A stretch of DNA of 64,000 nucleotides, taken from the sequence record MF158045; one strand, written 5' to 3'. Shown here piece after piece: positions 1 through 9,647 of the stretch. Source of the stretch: Shigella phage Sf22. The number at the start of each line of letters is the position of its first letter. Within the stretch, counting starts at the first letter, position 1. The notes beneath the pieces are model-generated. The model ran no database searches, was not told the DNA's origin, and worked only from the letters and a program-made list of their open reading frames with translations. The translations under genes were made by a program, and so were the position numbers.

Positions 1-2
1 GT

Positions 3-833
3 ACTGTAATGCCAATAAACATTAATGCTTCCGGTTTGATGAATGTTAATGGCGTTGCAACATTTGGTCGTTCAGTCACAGCCAATGGTGAATTCATTAG
101 CAAGTCTGCAAATGCTTTCAGAGCAATTAGCGGTGATTACGGATTCTTTATTCGTAATGATGCTGCTAATACCTATTTTATGCTTACTGCATCCGGTGAT
201 CAGACCGGTGGATTTAATGGATTACGTCCTTTGGCTATTAATAATGCATCTGGCCAAGTAACGATTGGTGAAGGCTTAATCATTGCCAAAGGTGCTACTA
301 TAAATTCAGGTGGTTTAACTGTTAACTCGAGAATTCGTTCTCAGGGTACTAAAGCATCTGATTTATATACCCGTGCGCCAACATCTGATACTGTAGGATT
401 CTGGTCAATCGATATTAACGATTCAGCCACTTATAACCAGTTCCCAGGTTATTTTAAAATGGTTGAAAAAACTAATGAAGTGACTGGGCTTCCATACTTA
501 GAACGTGGCGAAGAAGTTAAATCTCCTGGTACACTGACTCAGTTTGGTAACACACTTGATTCGCTTTACCAAGATTGGATTACTTATCCAACGACGCCAG
601 AAGCGCGTACCACTCGCTGGACACGTACATGGCAGAAAACCAAAAACTCTTGGTCAAGTTTTGTTCAGGTATTTGATGGAGGTAACCCTCCTCAACCATC
701 TGATATCGGTGCTTTACCATCTGATAATGCTACAATGGGGAATCTTACTATTCGTGATTTCTTACGAATTGGTAATGTTCGCATTATTCCTGACCCAGTG
801 AATAAAACGGTTAAATTTGAATGGGTTGAATAA
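3..833 (+). CDS. 34: Long tail fiber proximal subunit gp34, C-terminal fragment (5-prime end lies outside window)
   Basis: ORF open to window start with no in-frame stop upstream of the first Met; sits directly upstream of 35-36-37-38 in T4 order. Confidence 0.55.
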   Translation, partial: TVMPININASGLMNVNGVATFGRSVTANGEFISKSANAFRAISGDYGFFIRNDAANTYFMLTASGDQTGGFNGLRPLAINNASGQVTIGEGLIIAKGATINSGGLTVNSRIRSQGTKASDLYTRAPTSDTVGFWSIDINDSATYNQFPGYFKMVEKTNEVTGLPYLERGEEVKSPGTLTQFGNTLDSLYQDWITYPTTPEARTTRWTRTWQKTKNSWSSFVQVFDGGNPPQPSDIGALPSDNATMGNLTIRDFLRIGNVRIIPDPVNKTVKFEWVE

Positions 834-841
834 GAGGTATT

Positions 842-1957
842 ATGGAAAAATTTATGGCAGAGTTTGGACAAGGATATGTCCAAACGCCATTTTTATCGGA
901 AAGTAATTCAGTAAGATACAAAATAAGTATAGCGGGTTCTTGCCCGCTTTCTACAGCAGGACCATACGTTAAATTTCAGGATAATCCTGTAGGAAGTCAA
1001 ACATTTAGCGCAGGTCTTCATTTAAGAGTTTTTGACCCTTCCACCGGAGCATTAGTTGATAGTAAGTCATATGCTTTTTCGACTTCAAATGATACTACAT
1101 CAGCTGCTTTTGTTAGCTTCATGAATTCTTTGACAAATAATAGAATTGTTGCTATATTAACTAGTGGAAAGGTTAATTTTCCTCCTGAAGTAGTATCTTG
1201 GTTAAGAACCGCCGGAACGTCTGCTTTTCCATCTGATTCTATATTGTCAAGATTCGACGTATCATATGCTGCTTTTTACACTTCTTCTAAACGAGCTATT
1301 GCATTAGAACATGTTAAACTAAGTAATAGAAAAAGCACAGATGATTATCAAACTATTTTAGATGTAGTATTTGACAGTTTAGAAGATGTCGGAGCTACCG
1401 GGTTTCCAAGAAGAACGTATGAAAGCGTTGAGCAATTCATGTCAGCGGTTGGTGGAACTAATAACGAAATTGCGCGTCTACCAACTTCAGCTGCTATAAG
1501 TAAATTATCTGATTATAATTTAATTCCTGGAGATGTTCTTTATCTTAAAGCACAACTATATGCTGATGCTGATTTACTTGCTCTTGGAACTACGAATATA
1601 TCCATTCGATTTTATAATGCATCAAATGGATATATTTCCTCAACACAGGCTGAATTTACCGGGCAAGCTGGGTCATGGGAATTAAAGGAAGATTATGTAG
1701 TTGTTCCAGAAAACGCAGTAGGATTTACGATATACGCGCAGAGAACTGCTAAAGCTGGTCAAGGCGGAATGAGAAATTTAAGCTTTTCTGAAGTATCAAG
1801 AAACGGCGGTATTTCAAAACCTGCTGAATTTGGCGTCAATGGTATTCGTGTTAATTATATCTGTGAATCTGCTTCACCTCCGGATATAATGGTACTTCCT
1901 ACGCAAGCATCGTCTAAAACTGGTAAAGTGTTTGGACAAGAATTTAGAGAAGTATAA
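842..1957 (+). CDS. 35: Long tail fiber hinge connector gp35
   Basis: 371 aa (T4 gp35 about 372 aa); synteny between 34 and 36. Confidence 0.75.
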   Translation: MEKFMAEFGQGYVQTPFLSESNSVRYKISIAGSCPLSTAGPYVKFQDNPVGSQTFSAGLHLRVFDPSTGALVDSKSYAFSTSNDTTSAAFVSFMNSLTNNRIVAILTSGKVNFPPEVVSWLRTAGTSAFPSDSILSRFDVSYAAFYTSSKRAIALEHVKLSNRKSTDDYQTILDVVFDSLEDVGATGFPRRTYESVEQFMSAVGGTNNEIARLPTSAAISKLSDYNLIPGDVLYLKAQLYADADLLALGTTNISIRFYNASNGYISSTQAEFTGQAGSWELKEDYVVVPENAVGFTIYAQRTAKAGQGGMRNLSFSEVSRNGGISKPAEFGVNGIRVNYICESASPPDIMVLPTQASSKTGKVFGQEFREV

Positions 1958-1962
1958 ATTGA

Positions 1963-1986
1963 GGGAGCCTTCGGGTTCCCTTTTTC
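1963..1986 (+). terminator. Hairpin with UUCG loop plus T-run between genes 35 and 36
   Basis: GGGAGCC-TTCG-GGTTCCC followed by TTTTTC. Confidence 0.55.
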
Positions 1987-1988
1987 TA

Positions 1989-1996
1989 TATAAATA
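1989..1996 (+). promoter_or_regulatory. T4-type late promoter (TATAAATA) for gene 36
   Basis: Exact TATAAATA about 24 nt upstream of the gene 36 ATG. Confidence 0.7.
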
Positions 1997-2019
1997 CTAT
2001 TAAAATAAAGGGGCATACA

Positions 2020-2679
2020 ATGGCTGATTTAAAAGTAGGTTCAACAACTGGAGGCTCTGTCATTTGGCATCAAGGAAATTTTCCATTGAATCCAGCCGGT
2101 GACGATGTACTCTATAAATCATTTAAAATATATTCAGAATATAATAAACCACAAGCTGCTGATAACGATTTCGTTTCTAAAGCTAATGGTGGTACTTATT
2201 TAAATAAAGTAATTTTTAATAAAGGAATGACTGTTCCTGGCGCAGGGTCAGGTGACAATGGTATTTTTGCTGGTCCTGGTGATAATGCCACGTATGATAC
2301 TACAAATATGGATATTGTTTCGTGGTATGGTATTGGTTTTAAATCATCACAAGGATCAGCAGCCAGAACTGTGGTAATTAATACACGTAATGGCGATATT
2401 AGTACAAAAGGCGTTGTGTCGGCAACTGGTCAAGTAAGAAGTGATGCGGCTGCTCCTATAGCAGCGAATGACCTTACTAGAAAGGACTATGTTGATGGAG
2501 CAATAAATACTGTTACGGCAAATGCAAACTCTAGAGTGTTGCGTTCTGGCGACACTATGACAGGTAATTTAACGGCGCCAAACTTTTTCTCACAGAATCC
2601 AGCATCTCAACCTTCACATGTTCCACGATTTGACCAAATCGTGATTAAGGATTCTGTTCAAGATTTCGGCTATTATTAA
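2020..2679 (+). CDS. 36: Long tail fiber distal connector gp36
   Basis: 219 aa (T4 gp36 about 221 aa); preceded by late promoter TATAAATA; synteny. Confidence 0.8.
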   Translation: MADLKVGSTTGGSVIWHQGNFPLNPAGDDVLYKSFKIYSEYNKPQAADNDFVSKANGGTYLNKVIFNKGMTVPGAGSGDNGIFAGPGDNATYDTTNMDIVSWYGIGFKSSQGSAARTVVINTRNGDISTKGVVSATGQVRSDAAAPIAANDLTRKDYVDGAINTVTANANSRVLRSGDTMTGNLTAPNFFSQNPASQPSHVPRFDQIVIKDSVQDFGYY

Positions 2680-2687
2680 GAGGACTT

Positions 2688-5600
2688 ATGGCTACTTTAA
2701 AACAAATACAATTTAAAAGAAGCAAAACCGCAGGAGCACGTCCTGCTGCTTCAGTATTAGCCGAAGGTGAATTGGCTATAAACTTAAAAGATAGAACAAT
2801 TTTTACTAAAGATGATTCAGGAAATATCATTGATCTAGGTATTGCTAAAGGCGGTCAAATTGATGGAAATGTAACTATTGATGGAACTTTACGCGTCAAT
2901 GGACCAATAAACAACTTTGGAAATTTTTCTACAAGTGGTACTATTACGGCAAGTAATATTGTTTCTGCTACAGTATTCAGATCAACATCCGGTTCATTTT
3001 ATACAAGAGCAATAAATGATACTGCAAATGCCCATCTTTGGTTTGAAAATACGAATGGATCGGAGAGAGGGGTTTTATATTCAAAACCACAGTCTGAAAA
3101 TGAAGGCGTAATTACAATGCGCGTTCGCCAAGGAACCGCAGCAGGGGCTCAAAATTCAGAATTTCATTTCATTTCTACTGATGGCGGTATCTTCCAGGCA
3201 CGCAAATTAACTGCTTTAACTTCTATTAGTACACCAACTATTAGTGTTAATTTAATTAATCATGATTCTAAAGCCTTTGGACAATACGATTCACAATCAT
3301 TAGTTCAGTATGTTTATCCTGGAACCGGTGAAACAAATGGTGTAAACTATCTTCGTAAAGTTCGAGCTAAATCAGGTGGAACTATTTACCATGAAATTTG
3401 TACAGCTCAGACTGGGCTAGCTGATGAAGTTTCTTGGTGGACTGGTAATATACCGTTATTTAAACTATACGGTATTCGTAACGACGGTAGAATGATTATT
3501 CGCAATAGCTTGGCCATTGGTACTGTGACGGAAGGGTTTCCGTCAAGCGATTATGGAAATACTGGGGTAATGGGAGATAGGTATTTAGCTCTTGGCGATA
3601 ATGCTTCTGGACTTAAATGGGTTCGTACTGGCGTTATTGACTTAATGGCTAACGGTATTTCTGCGGCGTCTATTATTAATAATGGTATTAACAGTACTAA
3701 AAAATTAATGGTTGGTTATAGTCGAGATTCTGGTTCTACTTGGGATTTCCCAAATAACAACCAAGCAATGTTTACTGCGCGTACCGATGTTGATGGTAAT
3801 AATAACGGTGATGGTCAAACTCATATCGGTTATAGCAGTAATTCTAAAATGTATCACTATTTCCGTGGTACAGGTCGTATGTCCGTTAGTATGGGCGATG
3901 GACTTCTTGTTGAGCCTGGCATTTTAGATATTAAAACTGGTTCAAATTCATTAAATTTGCGTGCTGATGGTACTGTTGCATCTACTCAAGAAGTTAAGCT
4001 TAATAATGGGTTATTCTTTAATAGTAGTTCTTCTAACGCCGGTCTTAAATTTGGCGCTTCTTCTTCTATAAATGGAACTAAGACAATACAATGGAACGCA
4101 GGCACCCGCCCGGGTCAGAACAAAAGCTATGTGACCATGAAAGCATGGGGCAATGCATTTGAGGATAATACTAATAAAAACAGAGAAACTGTATTTGAAT
4201 TAGGCGATGGACAGGGTTGGCATTTTTATTCACAGCGCGTTGCTCCTGCAGCAGGTTCTACTGCCGGTTCTGTTGAATTTGCGATGGCCGGTAGTTTATT
4301 AACTTCTGGTTCTATTACAACAAGATCTTCCCTGAATGCTGATAATGGATTGTCTGTAAATGGACAAGCTAAATTTGGTGGAACGGCTGATGTATTAAGA
4401 ATTTGGAATGCTGAATACGGTGCTATTTTCCGTCGCTCAGAAAGTAATCTTTATATTATACCGACTCCTAAAGATGCTGGAGAATCGGGCGGTATAAGTA
4501 ATCTTAGACCATTGATAATAGAACTGAACACTGGCACAGTTAAAATGTCGCATGATGTTCATTTAGGAGATTCTGGATCTGGTACAGGACTTTTACAAGT
4601 AAGTAATAGTCTTAAAACTATTAAAATGATATGTCCAGTAACTATTAATGAACGCAATGCAGCGCTTACCCTGGATTCTCCTTCATCTTCTTCTGCTAAT
4701 TATTTACAGGGTTCTAAAGCTGGAACTAGATCATGGTACGTTGGTCTTGGCGGCGCTGGAAATGATTTATCTCTTTATAGCCAATCTTATGGACATGGTC
4801 TTGTTATAAGTGATAATTTCACGTCAATCACTAAGCCTCTTAAAGTCGGCAATGCCCAATTAGGAACTGACGGTAATATTACCAATGGTTCAGGAAACTT
4901 TGTCAACTTAAATACCACGTTAAATCGTAAAGTTAATTCTGGATTTATTACTTATGGAGCAACCTCTGGATGGTATAAGTTTGCAACAGTAACAATGCCA
5001 CAATCCACTTCGACGGTCTTCTTTAAAATAGTTGGAGGTTCTGGATTTAATAGCGGATTATTCACACAATGTAATATTGCTGAAATTGTTTTACGTACTA
5101 GTAATGAAAGACCTTCTGACTTAAATGCTGTATTATACACAAGAACAACTGGAATGTATAGCGCAGCATTTAGAAATATTGCAGTTAACAATGTCTCTGG
5201 AAATACATATGACATTTATGTTTATGCTGGAACATATTGTAATCAACTAGTTTGTGAATGGTCATGTACCGAAAATGCTACTGTTAGCGTTATTGGTATT
5301 AACTCATCTACCCAATCACCTGTGGATGCTCTTCCAGATACAGCAGTTGATGGGCAAGTTGCTAATGTTCTTAATAACTTGGTTGATCGTGGTAAAGTTA
5401 AGCGTTATGAAGCCGATTCTGAAATAGCTATTAATAGCCAAACCGGTATTCGTATCAGAAGCAATGCCGATAAAACTGGTTCTGTGGCTACAATGTTACG
5501 AAATGACGGTGGCAGTTTTTATATTCTGTTTACAGATAAAAATGCCACTGATGGCGCAGCAACTGTTAATGGTGATTGGAATAGTAAACGTCCTTTCGCA

Positions 5601-6377
5601 ATTAACTTAACAACCGGCGAAGTGATGATGAATAACGGCATAGCTGTTCGCAGCGCTGCTTTATTCTATAATAGCATAAACGTCAAAGATAATGGTTCTA
5701 TTAACTTTGATAAGTCCGGCGCTAACCCGAGAAACATGCGTATATTCCATGCAGGTGATGGCACTCGTGGTAATCGCATTGAAATTGCTGATGAAACAAA
5801 CTATATTGCTTACTTCCAAAAATTACCTGGTGGTCAAAATCAGGTTTCATTCAATAGTGCTACACTTTCTGGATTAACACAGTGTAATCAATTTGGTGTT
5901 AACACAACAAACGCACTTGGTGGAAACAGTATAACATTTGGTGATACTGATACTGGTATTAAGCAAAATGGCGATGGATTATTAGACATATATGCGAACA
6001 ACGTGCAAGTGTTCCGTTTCCAAAATGGTGATTTGTACTCATATAAAAATATAAATGCTCCAAACGTTTATATTCGTTCTGATATTCGTTTAAAATCTAA
6101 CTTCAAACCTATCGAAAATGCACTTGATAAAGTTGAAAAACTCAATGGTGTCATTTATGATAAAGCTGAATACATCGGTGGAGAGGCAATTGAAACTGAA
6201 GCGGGTATTGTAGCTCAAACGTTACAAGACGTTTTACCAGAAGCCGTCCGTGAAACAGAAGACAGCAAGGGTAATAAAATACTCACTGTTTCTTCTCAAG
6301 CCCAGATTGCTCTTCTGGTTGAAGCTGTGAAAACGCTTTCTTCTCGTGTAAAAGAACTTGAATCTAAACTTATGTAA
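2688..6377 (+). CDS. 37: Long tail fiber distal subunit gp37 (T2-type, with C-terminal chaperone-like segment)
   Basis: 1229 aa, Gly/Ser/Asn/Thr-rich fibrous composition; follows gp36; longer than T4 gp37 (1026 aa) as in T2-type fibers. Confidence 0.9.
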   Translation: MATLKQIQFKRSKTAGARPAASVLAEGELAINLKDRTIFTKDDSGNIIDLGIAKGGQIDGNVTIDGTLRVNGPINNFGNFSTSGTITASNIVSATVFRSTSGSFYTRAINDTANAHLWFENTNGSERGVLYSKPQSENEGVITMRVRQGTAAGAQNSEFHFISTDGGIFQARKLTALTSISTPTISVNLINHDSKAFGQYDSQSLVQYVYPGTGETNGVNYLRKVRAKSGGTIYHEICTAQTGLADEVSWWTGNIPLFKLYGIRNDGRMIIRNSLAIGTVTEGFPSSDYGNTGVMGDRYLALGDNASGLKWVRTGVIDLMANGISAASIINNGINSTKKLMVGYSRDSGSTWDFPNNNQAMFTARTDVDGNNNGDGQTHIGYSSNSKMYHYFRGTGRMSVSMGDGLLVEPGILDIKTGSNSLNLRADGTVASTQEVKLNNGLFFNSSSSNAGLKFGASSSINGTKTIQWNAGTRPGQNKSYVTMKAWGNAFEDNTNKNRETVFELGDGQGWHFYSQRVAPAAGSTAGSVEFAMAGSLLTSGSITTRSSLNADNGLSVNGQAKFGGTADVLRIWNAEYGAIFRRSESNLYIIPTPKDAGESGGISNLRPLIIELNTGTVKMSHDVHLGDSGSGTGLLQVSNSLKTIKMICPVTINERNAALTLDSPSSSSANYLQGSKAGTRSWYVGLGGAGNDLSLYSQSYGHGLVISDNFTSITKPLKVGNAQLGTDGNITNGSGNFVNLNTTLNRKVNSGFITYGATSGWYKFATVTMPQSTSTVFFKIVGGSGFNSGLFTQCNIAEIVLRTSNERPSDLNAVLYTRTTGMYSAAFRNIAVNNVSGNTYDIYVYAGTYCNQLVCEWSCTENATVSVIGINSSTQSPVDALPDTAVDGQVANVLNNLVDRGKVKRYEADSEIAINSQTGIRIRSNADKTGSVATMLRNDGGSFYILFTDKNATDGAATVNGDWNSKRPFAINLTTGEVMMNNGIAVRSAALFYNSINVKDNGSINFDKSGANPRNMRIFHAGDGTRGNRIEIADETNYIAYFQKLPGGQNQVSFNSATLSGLTQCNQFGVNTTNALGGNSITFGDTDTGIKQNGDGLLDIYANNVQVFRFQNGDLYSYKNINAPNVYIRSDIRLKSNFKPIENALDKVEKLNGVIYDKAEYIGGEAIETEAGIVAQTLQDVLPEAVRETEDSKGNKILTVSSQAQIALLVEAVKTLSSRVKELESKLM

Positions 6378-6379
6378 AA

Positions 6380-6407
6380 GAGGGCTTCGGCCCTCTAAGG
6401 ATTTTTA
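6380..6407 (+). terminator. Hairpin with UUCG loop between genes 37 and 38
   Basis: AGAGGGC-TTCG-GCCCTCT then T-rich run; may act as attenuator or RNA stability element. Confidence 0.5.
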
Positions 6408-7202
6408 ATGGCAATTGTAGGTGTTCCTGGCTGGATTGGTGAATCTGCCGTGAATGAAACTGGACAGCGTTGGATGGATGCTGCGATGAGAGCAGTTCGT
6501 GTTTCAGTTCCTGGTTGGATGAGCTCAATGGCTGGGCAATCTAAAGAAGTATATTATAGCATTGGTGCTAGCAATTCTTACAATAAAGACACACTAATAA
6601 ATTATCTCAAATCTCAAGGTAGTACTCCTGTTGTTGTTACTATTACTGGTAACCTAGTTTCTTCATCTGCAAGGCAACCTTGCTTAGATTTTCCTAGCTC
6701 ATTAACTAATGCTTATGTAACGCTTATTATAAATGGCGGTGTAACAGTATATGGTCGCGGAGGACGCGGCGCGCAAGCGGGAAACCAGGCGGGTGAAGCT
6801 GGTGGTACTGCAATTAACAATGGTATAGGTACTCGTCTACGAATCACTAACAATGGAGCAATCGCTGGCGGTGGTGGTGGTGGCGGCGCCCAATCAACTG
6901 ATAATGGATGGGGAGGTAAATATGTTTCTGGCGGCGGCGGCGGACGTCCTTTCGGAGCTGGTGGTAATAATGGAGCAAAAGCTCCGGGTGCATCAGCATC
7001 TTTAACATCTCCAGGCGCAGGTGGAAAAATGTATTCCGGCGTTGGATACTACGGTGGTGACGGTGGTAATGTTGGTGAACGAGGTAAGGATGCGGTTAGA
7101 TTGAACGGCTATTCGAACTCACCTGGCGCAGCAGGTAAAGCTGTTACTGGTAACGCACCAACATGGACTAAGGTTGGTACAATATATGGTTCAAGAGTAT
7201 AA
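6408..7202 (+). CDS. 38: Receptor-recognising tail fiber adhesin gp38 (T2-type, glycine-rich motifs)
   Basis: 264 aa with several poly-Gly blocks (GGGGGGGAQ, GGGGG) separated by variable segments; immediately downstream of gp37. Confidence 0.85.
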   Translation: MAIVGVPGWIGESAVNETGQRWMDAAMRAVRVSVPGWMSSMAGQSKEVYYSIGASNSYNKDTLINYLKSQGSTPVVVTITGNLVSSSARQPCLDFPSSLTNAYVTLIINGGVTVYGRGGRGAQAGNQAGEAGGTAINNGIGTRLRITNNGAIAGGGGGGGAQSTDNGWGGKYVSGGGGGRPFGAGGNNGAKAPGASASLTSPGAGGKMYSGVGYYGGDGGNVGERGKDAVRLNGYSNSPGAAGKAVTGNAPTWTKVGTIYGSRV

Positions 7203-7208
7203 TTTTTG

Positions 7209-7216
7209 AATAAATA
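7209..7216 (+). promoter_or_regulatory. Possible late-promoter-like box (AATAAATA) upstream of t
   Basis: One mismatch to TATAAATA, about 19 nt before the t ATG. Confidence 0.3.
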
Positions 7217-7234
7217 TCCTTAAAAGGAGGGTCT

Positions 7235-7891
7235 ATGGCAGCACCTAGAATATCATTTTCGCCCTCTGATATTCTATTTGGTGTTCTAGATCGCTTGTTC
7301 AAAGATAACGCTACCGGGAAAGTTCTTGCTTCCCGGGTAGCTGTCGTAATTCTTTTATTTATGATGGCGATTGTTTGGTATAGGGGAGATAGTTTCTTTG
7401 AGTACTATAAGCAATCAAAGTATGAAACATACAGTGAAATTATTGAAAAGGAAAGAAATGCACGCTTTGAATCTGTCGCCCTGGAACAACTCCAGATAGT
7501 TCATATATCATCTGAGGCAGACTTTAGTGCGGTGTATTCTTTCCGCCCTAAAAACTTAAACTATTTTGTTGATATTATAGCATACGAAGGAAGATTACCT
7601 TCAACAATAACTGAAAAATCACTTGGAGGATATCCTGTTGATAAAACTATGGATGAATATACAGTTCATTTAAATGGACGTCATTATTATTCTGACTCAA
7701 AATTTGCTTTTTTACCAACTAAAAAGCCTACTCCCGAAATAAACTACATGTACAGTTGTCCATATTTTAATTTGGATAATATCTATGCTGGAACGATAAC
7801 AATGTACTGGTATAGAAATGATCATATAAGTAATGACCGCCTTGAATCAATATGTGCCCAGGCGGCCAGAATATTAGGAAGGGCTAAATAA
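7235..7891 (+). CDS. t: Holin T (lysis, lysis-inhibition sensor)
   Basis: 218 aa; N-terminus MAAPRISFSPSDILFGVLDRLFKDNATGKV and one N-proximal TMD match T4 holin as I recall it; strong SD AAGGAGG. Confidence 0.95.
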   Translation: MAAPRISFSPSDILFGVLDRLFKDNATGKVLASRVAVVILLFMMAIVWYRGDSFFEYYKQSKYETYSEIIEKERNARFESVALEQLQIVHISSEADFSAVYSFRPKNLNYFVDIIAYEGRLPSTITEKSLGGYPVDKTMDEYTVHLNGRHYYSDSKFAFLPTKKPTPEINYMYSCPYFNLDNIYAGTITMYWYRNDHISNDRLESICAQAARILGRAK

Positions 7892-8164
7892 TTATTTGTT
7901 CGTATACATCTCTAGATATCGATATACACCCTCAAAACCCTCGTTGAATTCGTCGATGAGGGTTTTCTTATCTTCTTGAGTTAATTCAGAAACAATTTTA
8001 CGGAATGAATTCTGATTTAATTTTCTACCTTCATGCGTTACTCCAATCTCATTCAGAAATGCAATAAAATTAGCACGATTCTCAACAATATCTTCTCTGG
8101 AAAATTTAATCAAAATAGACGCAACAGTAATAATTTCACGAACTGTATCAATGTTTTTATTCAT
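7892..8164 (-). CDS. asiA: Anti-sigma70 factor AsiA
   Basis: 90 aa, MNKNIDTVREIITVASILIKFSREDIVENRANFIAF matches T4 AsiA as recalled. Confidence 0.95.
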   Translation of the reverse strand: MNKNIDTVREIITVASILIKFSREDIVENRANFIAFLNEIGVTHEGRKLNQNSFRKIVSELTQEDKKTLIDEFNEGFEGVYRYLEMYTNK

Positions 8165-8170
8165 TAACTA

Positions 8171-8329
8171 TACCACTCAATTAGTTGACTTTGTTATAAT
8201 ATCATCAGACGCTTGATTTGTAAACTGGTCTGTGTTATTTTCTTCAAAAATTTTTTCTACGAATTCTTTGAACGACTCACGTTCCTGAGCTACATTATGC
8301 TCAATTACCATTTCAAGATTATGACTCAT
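8171..8329 (-). CDS. Small hypothetical protein (52 aa)
   Basis: Manual minus-strand translation MSHNLEMVIEHNVAQERESFKEF...; start ATG overlaps arn stop (ATGA). Not in ORF track (under 60 aa). Confidence 0.4.
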
Positions 8330-8604
8330 TCGAAATAATCTTCAATTTCGTAATCATGGACATAAATCATTATAGTTTTTAATACATCATCGATACTTTT
8401 TCCTGGAGCTGGAATTACGTAAAAATATCCTGCTTTTGAGAGGTCTTTATAAGTTCCAATCAAGAAATCATTATTCTCGAGATGTAGTTCTTCAACTAAT
8501 TCATTGACAATTGAGTGGTATAAATTTGGTAGAAACTTATATAGCTTTTCTAGAATATCAATTTTGATTGTATATTGAACCACGGATTGAGAATCAATAA
8601 TCAT
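8326..8604 (-). CDS. arn: Anti-restriction nuclease Arn (McrBC inhibitor)
   Basis: 92 aa, position between asiA and motA and sequence consistent with T4 Arn. Confidence 0.85.
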   Translation of the reverse strand: MIIDSQSVVQYTIKIDILEKLYKFLPNLYHSIVNELVEELHLENNDFLIGTYKDLSKAGYFYVIPAPGKSIDDVLKTIMIYVHDYEIEDYFE

Positions 8605-8687
8605 AGACCTTCCCCTTATGTTTCTGTTTGCGATTAGATTCTTTAAACGCTTTCTTCTTATCCTTATGAACAGAAGCTTTATTAAAA

Positions 8688-8906
8688 TTATGTTTTGCGA
8701 CTAAATTGTTCATAGTGCTGAATTACCTCTCTTAAACATTTGCGTGTGAATGAAAACTTTTTAGCTACACCACATTCAAATATATGTTCTCTTAAATCAC
8801 GTGTATCGGTATATCCCATCTCAACAATAAAATGCCGTATTAAATTTTTATCTTTATCATTGAGAGAATTAAAATAGTCAGATTTTGAATTAATTTCCCT
8901 GGCCAA
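8688..8906 (-). CDS. Hypothetical protein (72 aa)
   Basis: ORF track; in arn-motA accessory cluster. Confidence 0.5.
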   Translation of the reverse strand: MAREINSKSDYFNSLNDKDKNLIRHFIVEMGYTDTRDLREHIFECGVAKKFSFTRKCLREVIQHYEQFSRKT

Positions 8907-9186
8907 ATTGAATCACCTTCAGTTGACGTTTTAATTCTTTTATCATTTCTTCGTTCATCGCAATATAAAGATCGCGTAAAGCAGGTTTTAGCATTCCATT
9001 TATTGGAGAACTAAATGGACATACATAATCTTTTCCTACGAGCTTTTTGGTGAATTCCATATTACAGAACTTAAATCCCGGTTCATTGGCATAAATTCCC
9101 CAATTAGTTGACATCATTTTATTGGCATATTCCAATGCCTGGATTTGATTCATAATTCCATCAATTTGAAACTTTTTAATATTCAT
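8890..9186 (-). CDS. Hypothetical protein (98 aa)
   Basis: ORF track; tightly packed with neighbours on minus strand. Confidence 0.5.
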   Translation of the reverse strand: MNIKKFQIDGIMNQIQALEYANKMMSTNWGIYANEPGFKFCNMEFTKKLVGKDYVCPFSSPINGMLKPALRDLYIAMNEEMIKELKRQLKVIQFGQGN

Positions 9187-9647
9187 TAGTAAAGGTCCTC
9201 AGAGTAAAGTTCTTTTTCACTACCACCGCGTTCAATACGTACTTGTCCGGCGTAAGTTGCAATAATCATTGCTTCTTCACGTGTCCAATAATTACTATAT
9301 TGGTCAATAAACCCTTGGTCATCATCACAAACTTGCTGAGTAACTAATTGAGGTTTAACTACATCTAAAACTTCTGCCATATCTTTAGAATAATGACGAG
9401 CACCTGGAATAATAAGAGTTCGTCCATCTTTTAATTTAAAACGGTTGGCTGCGCAAACAATTCGTCGTTGATATTTTTGATTTTCGTCCCAATATGCAGA
9501 CTGCCAACAGATTTCAGGAACTTCTTTCAGAATATCTTCTTCTGTGCATTTATAACCATGCGCTTTAAATTTTTCAACAAGACTTTCTGGAGTCTCACGA
9601 GATAAAGGAACATTCAACATTTTTAAACGATTAATAAATGGGTTCAT
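9186..9647 (-). CDS. Hypothetical protein (153 aa)
   Basis: ORF track; stop/start overlap with neighbours. Confidence 0.55.
   Translation of the reverse strand: MNPFINRLKMLNVPLSRETPESLVEKFKAHGYKCTEEDILKEVPEICWQSAYWDENQKYQRRIVCAANRFKLKDGRTLIIPGARHYSKDMAEVLDVVKPQLVTQQVCDDDQGFIDQYSNYWTREEAMIIATYAGQVRIERGGSEKELYSEDLY

Noticed and set aside
43-801. Small ORFs nested in alternate frames of the tail fiber genes (43-261, 544-801, 692-883, 3712-3927, 4952-5215, 5692-5877)
   Set aside because: They are embedded in the long gp34/gp37 reading frames, have no start signals, and are most simply frame artefacts.
6850-7100. Glycine-rich stretches in gp38 as a possible collagen-like or simple-sequence repeat
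   Set aside because: The poly-Gly blocks are short, irregularly spaced and in frame within a protein whose position and size fit the T2-type adhesin. They are better explained as glycine-rich motifs than as a DNA repeat.
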